From the NCBI GenBank assembly GCA_963805625.1, contig CAWDVE010000019.1:448001-512000 (forward strand): a stretch of DNA of 64,000 nt, in the 5' to 3' direction. The position numbers and the translations under genes are program-made. The notes below the pieces were generated by a model that saw only the letters and a program-made list of their open reading frames with translations, did not search any database and had not been told where the DNA came from. Positions 57,036-64,000 of this stretch are shown piece by piece. Each line of letters opens with the position of its first letter. Positions within the stretch are counted from its first letter, which is position 1. The stretch is from an uncultured Candidatus Rokubacteria bacterium. Its GTDB lineage: Bacteria; Methylomirabilota; Methylomirabilia; Rokubacteriales; DASRDR01.

Positions 57036-58052
57036 ATGGGGCTCCGCTACGTTCTCCTCAGGGTGGTCGCCTCGGCCGCGATGGCTGCGGCGGCCACCCT
57101 GGTCGTTTTCCTCGTCGCCCACAGCGTCCCGGCCGACCCCGTCCTCGCCCAGCTCGGGGACAAGCAGTCGTCCAACCCGGAGACCGTCGCCCGCTTCCGC
57201 GCGCGCTGGGGCCTGGACCGCCCACTGTACGTGCAGTACGGGATCTTCCTCGTCCGCCTCGCCCGCGGCGACCTCGGCGAGTCGATCGCGTCGCGCCGCC
57301 CGGTGCTCGACGACATCCGGCAGTACGTCCCGGCGACGATCGAGCTGGCGACGGTCGCCGGATTCCTCACCATCGCGATCGGCGTGCCGCTCGGCGTGGC
57401 CGCCGCCGTGCGGCGGGACGGGTGGGTCGACCACGTGGCCCGCATCCTCTGCCTGATCGGCGTGTCGGCGCCGACGTTCTGGCTGGCGTTCATCGTGCTG
57501 GCCCTCTTCTACGGCGGCCTCGAGATCGCGCCGTCGCCGGGCCGCCTCGACGTGGGGGCCAGCGCTCCGCCTCACGCGACCGGGATGTTCGTCGTCGACG
57601 GCATGCTGGCCGGAGACTGGGCGACGGTCCGGAACGCGCTCTCGCACCTGATCCTTCCGTCCGTGGTCCTGGCGGCCTCCACGCTCGGGATCGTCACCCG
57701 GACGACCCGCGCGGCCATGCTGGAGACGCTCGGTCAGGACTACGTGCGCACCGCCCGGGCCAAGGGCCTGGCGGAGCGCGGTATCGTGCGGCACCACGCG
57801 TTCCCGAACGCGCTCCTGCCGGTCCTGACCCTCGCCGGCCTTGCCTACGCGGAGCTCCTGGCGGGCACCGTCCTCACAGAGACGATCTTCTCCTGGCCCG
57901 GTTTGGGCCGGTACACGTACCAGAGCGCGCTGGCGATCGACTTTCCCGCGATCATGGGCGTCACCTTCCTGGTGGCGCTGATGTATCTGGGGATCAACCT
58001 GCTCGTGGACATCGCGTATCTCTTCGCGGACCCGCGGGTCGCCCGGCGATGA
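57036..58052 (+). CDS. Peptide ABC permease (DppB-like)
   Basis: PADP, DYVRTARAKG and ETIFSWPGLG. Confidence 0.92.
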   Translation: MGLRYVLLRVVASAAMAAAATLVVFLVAHSVPADPVLAQLGDKQSSNPETVARFRARWGLDRPLYVQYGIFLVRLARGDLGESIASRRPVLDDIRQYVPATIELATVAGFLTIAIGVPLGVAAAVRRDGWVDHVARILCLIGVSAPTFWLAFIVLALFYGGLEIAPSPGRLDVGASAPPHATGMFVVDGMLAGDWATVRNALSHLILPSVVLAASTLGIVTRTTRAAMLETLGQDYVRTARAKGLAERGIVRHHAFPNALLPVLTLAGLAYAELLAGTVLTETIFSWPGLGRYTYQSALAIDFPAIMGVTFLVALMYLGINLLVDIAYLFADPRVARR

Positions 58053-58915
58053 GCACGCAGGCGCTTGCGGTGGCGGTCCTGCCGGCGCGCCCCGCCCGCC
58101 GGTGGGGCGGGCCGCGGACGATCGGCCTGCTGGGCGCCGCGATCATCGTTGCGTGGGGTGTCGTGGCCCTGCTGGCGCCCCATCTGGCCCCGCACTCGCC
58201 CCGTCAGGTCGACGTGCTCGCGCGGCTCAAGCCGCCCTCGGCGGAGCACCCCTTCGGGACGGACTCGCTCGGCCGGGACGTGCTCTCGCGGGTGCTCGTC
58301 GGCGCCCGCGTGTCGCTCCCGACGGGGCTGGTCGTGGTGCTCCTCGCTGCCGCCTTCGGCACCGTCTACGGTGGTGTCGCCGCGTACGCCGGCACTAAGG
58401 TGGAGGAGGTCCAGATGCGCGTCACGGACCTCTTCCTGTCGTTCCCGCCGCTGCTCCTGGCCATGGCCATCGCCGCCGCCCTCGGCAAGGGCGTGCTCAA
58501 CACCATCGTGGCGATGGCGGTGGTGTGGTGGCCGAAGTACGCGCGGCTCGCGCGGAGCCTGGTCCTCGTGCAGCGTTCCCTCGAGTACGTCGAGGCCGCC
58601 CGGGCGCTCGGGCAGGGGGCCGGCCGGACGCTGCTCCGCCACATCGTGCCCAACGCGATCGGCCCGATCGTGGCCCTGCTCGCCCTGGACGTGGGCAACG
58701 CCATGATCACGTTCGCGGGCCTGTCCTTCCTCGGGCTCGGCGTCGTCCCGCCGACGCCCGAGTGGGGGGCCATGGTGTCCGAGGGTCAGGTCCTCATCGA
58801 GCAGTGGTGGGTGTCGACCTTCCCCGGCCTGGCGATCTTCACGGTGGTCGTGGGGTTCAACTTCCTCGGCGACGCCATCCGGGACTGGCTCGACCCGCGC
58901 GGCACGCGCGGCTGA
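58049..58915 (+). CDS. Peptide ABC permease (DppC-like)
   Basis: FGTDSLGRD, EYVEAARALG and LSFLGLG; ATGA overlap. Confidence 0.92.
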   Translation: MSTQALAVAVLPARPARRWGGPRTIGLLGAAIIVAWGVVALLAPHLAPHSPRQVDVLARLKPPSAEHPFGTDSLGRDVLSRVLVGARVSLPTGLVVVLLAAAFGTVYGGVAAYAGTKVEEVQMRVTDLFLSFPPLLLAMAIAAALGKGVLNTIVAMAVVWWPKYARLARSLVLVQRSLEYVEAARALGQGAGRTLLRHIVPNAIGPIVALLALDVGNAMITFAGLSFLGLGVVPPTPEWGAMVSEGQVLIEQWWVSTFPGLAIFTVVVGFNFLGDAIRDWLDPRGTRG

Positions 58916-59007
58916 GGGCGGATGAACCACTCACGCACGGCATCACACCGGTAGGGGCCATTACACTAGAAGGGGGAGCGCCGCCGCTCCCTCTACGAGG
59001 AGCGGGG

Positions 59008-60192
59008 ATGCGGGCGCAGGTCGTCGTGATCGGCGGGGGCGCGTTCGGTGTGAGCTGCTTCTACCACCTGACCGGCCGGGGCGTGCGGGACGTGGTGCTC
59101 CTCGAGCAGGCGACGCTCGGCTCGGGCTCGACGGGGCGATCCGCCGCGGTCGTCGAGACGCAGTACCTCGCCCCGGACCAGGTTGCCCTGTGCGCGTGGT
59201 CCATCCGGGTGTTCCAGTGGCTCGAGCGCGAGCACGCGCTCCCGTTCGTCCACCACGGGTATCTCCGGCTCGGCCATTCGGCGACGGACGTGGCCGGCTT
59301 CCACGAGAGCGTCGCCCTCCAGCGCGCGCATGGGCTCCACGACGCACGCGTGATCGAGCCCGGCGAGGTCGCGCGGATCGTACCGGCCCTTCGCGTGGAC
59401 GATCTGGCGGGCGCTCTGTGGGGCCCGTCGGACGGCTACGTCGACGCCGTGCGCTACTGCGAGCTGCTCTCTGCTCTCGGGCAGGCCGCGGGCGGTCGGG
59501 TGCTCCAGGGCCGGCGCGCCACCGGCCTCCGGCTCCGGGGCGGCCGCGTCACGGCCGTGGAATGCGACGGCGAGGCGATCGAGTGCGAGACGGCGGTCAA
59601 TGCCAGCGGCGCGTGGGCGCGCCGGCTCGGCGGCGCGCTCGGGCTGACGCTGCCCGTCGACGGCTATCGGCGCCAGCTGGTCCAGTTCGAGCCGGCCCGA
59701 CCCCTTGCGGCGCCCGTCCCGATGGTGATCGACTACGTGCCCGGCGTCGAGCGAGAGGGGCTCTACTTCCGGGACGACACGCCGACCCGCATCGTCGCCG
59801 GTCTCCACTGGGAGGTGCACGGAGACGCGGAACGCCCGCAGGACCCGGACGCCTTCCGCCAGTCGGTCGACTGGGACTACGCAGAGCGCGTCGCCGAGGC
59901 GCTTGCCGCGCGCTACCGGGGCGCCGCGGACTTCCGAGTGACCGGCGGGTGGGCAGGATTGTATCCGCTCACGCCCGACACGCGGCCAATCGTGGGGCCG
60001 ACGACCGGAGTCGACGGGCTCTACCAGGCACTCGGGGGCGGCGGCGTCGGGGTCCAGATCTCGCCCGCGGTCGGTGCGATGGTGGCGGAGCTGATCACGA
60101 CAGGCGAGACCAGGGTCATGCCGGACTGGGCCCGCTACCGCCTCGACCGCTTCGCGCCGGGCGCGGCGCCCGCGTCATCCCCGAGGTCCTGA
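59008..60192 (+). CDS. FAD-dependent oxidoreductase, DAO/sarcosine oxidase beta family
   Basis: IGGGAFG, GSTGRSA, VNASGAWA and WAGLYPLTPD..PIVG. Confidence 0.9.
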   Translation: MRAQVVVIGGGAFGVSCFYHLTGRGVRDVVLLEQATLGSGSTGRSAAVVETQYLAPDQVALCAWSIRVFQWLEREHALPFVHHGYLRLGHSATDVAGFHESVALQRAHGLHDARVIEPGEVARIVPALRVDDLAGALWGPSDGYVDAVRYCELLSALGQAAGGRVLQGRRATGLRLRGGRVTAVECDGEAIECETAVNASGAWARRLGGALGLTLPVDGYRRQLVQFEPARPLAAPVPMVIDYVPGVEREGLYFRDDTPTRIVAGLHWEVHGDAERPQDPDAFRQSVDWDYAERVAEALAARYRGAADFRVTGGWAGLYPLTPDTRPIVGPTTGVDGLYQALGGGGVGVQISPAVGAMVAELITTGETRVMPDWARYRLDRFAPGAAPASSPRS

Positions 60193-60311
60193 GAGCGACC
60201 GGGACGGCAGAGCGCGGGGACGGGCCCGGCTCGCGTCCTGCCTCGACAGGATTGCGGGATCGGTTTATGCTGGCCGCCGGTAGCGCGGCAGCCGCCGCGG
60301 GAGGAGGGAGT

Positions 60312-60566
60312 ATGCTGCACCTTCTGGGTCAGGCGCTCTTCGGCCTCGTCGTCGGCGCGATCTCCAAGCTGATCTTCCCGGGTCAGGACCCGGGCGGGGT
60401 GATCGTCACGGCACTCCTCGGGCTGGTGGGGTCCATGATCGGGACCTTCGTCGGCCGCGCGCTATGGGGGGGAGCGGACTACTCCGCGGGCTGGATCACG
60501 TCCATCCTCGGGACCCTCGTGGTCCTGGCCATCTACCGGGCGGTGAAGAAACGCCAGGCGACGTAG
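60312..60566 (+). CDS. GlsB/YeaQ/YmgE family stress membrane protein
   Basis: GLVVGAISKLIFPG..PGG...LLGLVGS..G; strong RBS. Confidence 0.88.
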   Translation: MLHLLGQALFGLVVGAISKLIFPGQDPGGVIVTALLGLVGSMIGTFVGRALWGGADYSAGWITSILGTLVVLAIYRAVKKRQAT

Positions 60567-60630
60567 GGACGGGCCGCGTCGGGCAGGCCTGCGGCCGGGT
60601 CGGCGGGGGCCGTCCCCGGCCCGCCCGGGG

Positions 60631-61617
60631 TCAGCGGTTCACGTGGGGCAGGACCTCGTGGATCACCCGCTCGAGCTGGCCGACCTGATCCCAGGCGGCC
60701 AGGCGCAGCGTGATCCGCTCCATGCCCGTGCCCCGGAACCGCCGCAGGCTCTCCACGCACTCCTCCGGGCTGCCGAGCGCGCTCCAGGCCTCGATGCGGG
60801 TCCGCGTGTAGTCGATCGAGTAGTAGCGATCGAGGAAGCGCTTCGTCTCGGATAGCGCGGCCTCGCGGTCCTCGTTCACGTTGATGTTGTGGTAGTAGCA
60901 GTTGCCCAGCCGGTCGGGGTCCCGCCCCTCCTCCCGCGCGTAGCGTCGGATCGTGTCCCAGTACTCCGCGAAGACCTCGGGAGGGAGACTGTGGGTCTGC
61001 CAGCCGTCGGCGAACCGCGCGACACGGCGGAGCGCGCGCTCGATGCGGGCGGGCTCGGGATGGATGGTCCAGGGATTGTTGGCAAGCCAGATGGGGCAGG
61101 GTTGCTGGAGAGGCTTCGGCTCGAGCGTCACGTCCTCGAACTGGAAGAACTGGCCCCGGTGTGTTACCCGGTCCTCGCTCCAGAGTCGGCGGAGGATGGT
61201 GACGTGCTCCTCCAGCCGCCGCTGGCGCTCCGCCACCGGCACGCCGACCGCTCGAGCCTCGGCACCCCAGTCGCCGGCGCTCCCGCCTCCCGCGCAGACG
61301 ATCAAGATTGTGCGGCCCTCGGCAATCCGGTCGAGGCTTGCCCACTCGTAGGCGAAGACGAGCGGGTTGCGGAGGGGAAAGCTCGCCAGGCAGGCCGGGC
61401 CCAGACGCAGGCGGCGCGTCCGGCCGGCGATGGCGGCAAGCAGGGTGAGCGCGTCGAGCCGGGGCTTGGCAAAGAGAGAGTCTCCCACCCAGACGGAGTC
61501 GAAGAGGCCGGAGGCCTCGGCGCGGTCGGCCAGATCGAGCAGCTGGGCCGGCGTTGTCAGGCCCAGCATGACACCCCGGTTCGGGAGCGTCAGTCCGAAA
61601 GCGAGCGGTGGCATCAC
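60631..61617 (-). CDS. LLM-class flavin-dependent oxidoreductase
   Basis: FDSVWVGDSL, RTRRLRLG, PKPLQQP and ADGW; paralog of 6370..7410. Confidence 0.9.
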   Translation of the reverse strand: MMPPLAFGLTLPNRGVMLGLTTPAQLLDLADRAEASGLFDSVWVGDSLFAKPRLDALTLLAAIAGRTRRLRLGPACLASFPLRNPLVFAYEWASLDRIAEGRTILIVCAGGGSAGDWGAEARAVGVPVAERQRRLEEHVTILRRLWSEDRVTHRGQFFQFEDVTLEPKPLQQPCPIWLANNPWTIHPEPARIERALRRVARFADGWQTHSLPPEVFAEYWDTIRRYAREEGRDPDRLGNCYYHNINVNEDREAALSETKRFLDRYYSIDYTRTRIEAWSALGSPEECVESLRRFRGTGMERITLRLAAWDQVGQLERVIHEVLPHVNR

Positions 61618-61647
61618 ACGACAGGATAGGGTGGCGGGCCCGCGGGC

Positions 61648-62535
61648 TCAACCGGTCGCGCGCCCGCGTGTCTCCGCGAAGGCGATGGACAGACCGCTCG
61701 CGACGATCAGCATGGCCCCGAGCCAGAGCTCGGGGCCGGGCACGTCGCCGAAGATGAGATACCCGGTCGACGCCGCCCCGAGGAGCTGGACGTAGTTGAA
61801 GGGCGAGACCACCGACGCCGGCGCCCACATGTACGCGCGCGCCACCAGGTAGTGGCCGAGGCCCCCCGTCAGGCCCATGCTGAGGAGGAGCCCCAGCTGG
61901 GTCGACGATCTGGGCGGGACCCAGTAGAAGGGCACCAGGAGCGTCGTCAGGACCGTGCCGACCAGCGCGCTGTAGCCCACCGTCGTCTCCGGGGGGTCGG
62001 TTCCGACGACACGCCGGGTGAGAACCTGATAGCCCGCGTAGCACACGGCCGTGCCGAGCGATAGGAGGGAGGCCAGATTAGCGACGTCGCTCCCGGGGCC
62101 GACCACGACCAGCACGCCCGCGAAGCCCACGCCGATGGCAAGCCAGCGCCGGATGCCCACCCGCTCGCCGAGCATGGGCACCGCCAGGAGCGCCACGATG
62201 CACGGAGCCGTGAAGTTGATGGTTGCCGCCGCGGCGAGACCGATGAAGCGAAGCGCCACGAAGTTGAAGGCGGTCGAGCCAAGGAGGAGCAGCGAGCGTG
62301 CAAGCTGGAAGGCGGGATGTCGCGTGTGGAAGAGCCGGCGTCCATACCGCGGGCCGAAGGCGGTCACCACAAAGACGAGGTGCCCCGCGGTCCTAGCCCA
62401 GAGGAGCTCGACCATGGGGAGCTCTCCGGTCAGGGACTTCGCGGCCGCGTTCAGGATGGCAAAGAGGCCGGCGGCCCCGCACATGCACGCGAGCGCGCGG
62501 AGCGGACGATGGGGGCGCTCGCCGAGCGACGTCAC
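61648..62535 (-). CDS. DMT/EamA family transporter
   Basis: About 10 TM segments; LGERVG.RRW and P.F.YVQL. Confidence 0.88.
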   Translation of the reverse strand: MTSLGERPHRPLRALACMCGAAGLFAILNAAAKSLTGELPMVELLWARTAGHLVFVVTAFGPRYGRRLFHTRHPAFQLARSLLLLGSTAFNFVALRFIGLAAAATINFTAPCIVALLAVPMLGERVGIRRWLAIGVGFAGVLVVVGPGSDVANLASLLSLGTAVCYAGYQVLTRRVVGTDPPETTVGYSALVGTVLTTLLVPFYWVPPRSSTQLGLLLSMGLTGGLGHYLVARAYMWAPASVVSPFNYVQLLGAASTGYLIFGDVPGPELWLGAMLIVASGLSIAFAETRGRATG

Positions 62536-62732
62536 GCGGGCGGGCGGCCCGGGCCGTCGTCCCGCCGTTCGTGGCTCGTGTCGTCGGTCACCGGCCCATT
62601 CTACCCGGGGGCCCCTCCCTCGGCCCCAGCGGCCCCAGCGGCCATCGAACGGCGGGTCTCGGCCCGGCGTATGTCCGGCCGCCTCGCGCCTTGACGCCTA
62701 GCCTGTGCGAGGCGTCCCCGGGGGTCTCCAAT

Positions 62733-62761
62733 TTGACACGTCGCGTTGCCGTTGTTAGCCT
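62733..62761 (+). promoter_or_regulatory. Sigma-70 promoter giving a probable leaderless transcript
   Basis: TTGACA-N17-TAGCCT with extended TG; 7 nt separate it from the ATG at 62769; no RBS. Confidence 0.55.
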
Positions 62762-62768
62762 CCGTGAC

Positions 62769-63854
62769 ATGCCGAGACCGAGCGGGATCCCGGAGGCCCA
62801 GTGGCGCGACTGGGTGTGGCAGATGCAGGAGCGCGTCCGGAGCGCCAAGGAGCTCGAGCGCTATGTCAACCCGACCGAGGACGAGCGCCGGGCGATCGAC
62901 GCGCTCGCCGAGCGCTTCCGCTTCGTCATCACGCCGTACTACGCGTCGCTCATGGACCCCGACGACCCCGCCTGCCCGATCCGGAAGCAGGTGGTGCCGC
63001 GGACGGCCGAGCTCGACGATCCGGTCGGCATGGCGGACCCGCTCGACGAGGTTGCCCACTCGCCGGTGAAGAACGTGATCCGCGTCTACCCCGACCGGAT
63101 CGCTTTCTGCGTCAACAACGAGTGTGCGCTCTACTGCCGCTTCTGTTTGCGGAAACGCATGGTCGGCGACGAAGAGTGGATCATGAAGAAGCGCGAGCTC
63201 GAGATCGGGCTCGACTGGATCCGCCGGACGCCGGAGATCCGCGACGTCCTTCTCACGGGCGGGGATCCGTTGGTCTTCTCCGACGACAAGCTCGAGTGGC
63301 TCATCGCCGAGCTCCGGCGCATCCCGCACGTTGAGATCGTGCGACTGGGGACGCGGCTGCCGGTGACCCTCCCGTTCCGGGTGACCGACGCGCTGTGCCG
63401 GATGCTCGAGCGCTACCATCCGATCTGGGTGAACACGCACTTCAACCATCCGAAGGAGCTCACTCCCGAGGCGGCTGAGGCGTGTGATCGCCTCCTCCGG
63501 GCGGGGATCCCCGTCGGCAACCAGAGCGTGCTCCTCGGCGGGATCAACGACGACGCGACGACGATGAAGGCGCTCTGCGAAGGCCTGGTCCGAATGCGGG
63601 TCCGCCCCTACTACTGCTACCAGGCCCAGCTCCTCGAGGGCACCGCCCACTTCCGCGTGCCGGTCGAGCGCGGGATCGAGATCTTTCGGGAGCTTCGCGG
63701 CCGGACGAGCGGGTTCGCGATCCCCACCTACGTGCTCGACACCCCGTACGGCAAGGTGCCGCTCGGCTACCCGTACCTCCGGGGCCGCGATGGCGACCAC
63801 GTCGTCGTCGAGGCGTGGGACGGGCGAATCTGGCGGGAGCTCAATCCGGCCTAG
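62769..63854 (+). CDS. KamA-family radical SAM aminomutase (lysine 2,3-aminomutase-like)
   Basis: DW.WQ, ITPYY, CALYCRFC.RKR, LLTGGDPL, HFNHP.E, NQSVLL.GIND and GKVP (PLP Lys). Confidence 0.92.
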   Translation: MPRPSGIPEAQWRDWVWQMQERVRSAKELERYVNPTEDERRAIDALAERFRFVITPYYASLMDPDDPACPIRKQVVPRTAELDDPVGMADPLDEVAHSPVKNVIRVYPDRIAFCVNNECALYCRFCLRKRMVGDEEWIMKKRELEIGLDWIRRTPEIRDVLLTGGDPLVFSDDKLEWLIAELRRIPHVEIVRLGTRLPVTLPFRVTDALCRMLERYHPIWVNTHFNHPKELTPEAAEACDRLLRAGIPVGNQSVLLGGINDDATTMKALCEGLVRMRVRPYYCYQAQLLEGTAHFRVPVERGIEIFRELRGRTSGFAIPTYVLDTPYGKVPLGYPYLRGRDGDHVVVEAWDGRIWRELNPA

Positions 63855-63856
63855 CC

Positions 63857-64000
63857 CTATCTCGCAGCGGCAGCGGTTCCGGCGCACGCGGTACGCCACC
63901 GCTCGTTGGCGTCTGCAAAGACCTGCTTGACGCGCTCCACGTCGTAGGGCCGCTCTTCTAGAGTGTCCGGCGTCCACTCGCTTCGGGGCATGGTGAAGAA
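63857..64000 (-). CDS. 3' end of an unidentified CDS that continues beyond the window
   Basis: Open frame FFTMPRSEWTPDTLEERPYDVERVKQVFADANERWRTACAGTAAAAR*. Confidence 0.5.
   Translation of the reverse strand, partial: FFTMPRSEWTPDTLEERPYDVERVKQVFADANERWRTACAGTAAAAR

Noticed and set aside
36402-63854. DHS-like plus KamA-like genes as a joint EF-P/IF5A modification system
   Set aside because: They are 25 kb apart, no efp or epmA is in the window, and they belong to different known pathways
588-63977. Many long antisense or overlapping ORFs (e.g. 588..2105-, 3578..5509-, 42482..44512-, 47525..49033-, 62601..63977-)
   Set aside because: They are shadow frames of genuine genes in high-GC DNA, are Arg/Pro/Gly-rich, and show no family motifs
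1-64000. CRISPR array, tRNA, rRNA, prophage or defence system
   Set aside because: I saw no regularly spaced repeats, cloverleaf or rRNA signatures, and no phage or Cas motifs; the thermonuclease and SLT genes are stand-alone

Overview
A GC-rich bacterial chromosomal window with about 55 intact CDS. The PF04392-type ABC binding proteins, many LLM/SDR enzymes and ATPase-less ABC importers suggest a Candidatus Rokubacteria/Methylomirabilota-like organism (inference only). Core genes are ppdK, gltA, an ACT-domain malic enzyme and a divergent IMPDH/GMPR. These are mixed with catabolic clusters, three ABC importers lacking ATPase genes, a deoxyhypusine-synthase-like gene and a KamA-family radical SAM gene. 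I found no tRNA, rRNA or CRISPR array. The most notable structures not visible in the ORF list are: (1) a 93-bp in-place inversion inside a mandelate racemase gene that flips its KxK catalytic motif; (2) a four-gene run ending in a eukaryote-type PP2C phosphatase that is coupled to a secreted DxDxDG protein; (3) a duplicated sigma-54 promoter/enhancer cassette in front of CBS and USP genes, with a third sigma-54/IHF/UAS promoter on a DksA-like gene; (4) a MOSC (mARC-like) plus atypical truncated-haemoglobin pair; (5) a decayed patch holding IS630, MtrB/PioB-like and MDR remnants; (6) DUF1326/DUF2182 genes flanked by collinear remnants of a local duplication; (7) repeated leaderless-transcript signatures. 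Family calls come from motif recognition by eye, not database searches. Several lesions could be assembly or sequencing artefacts.
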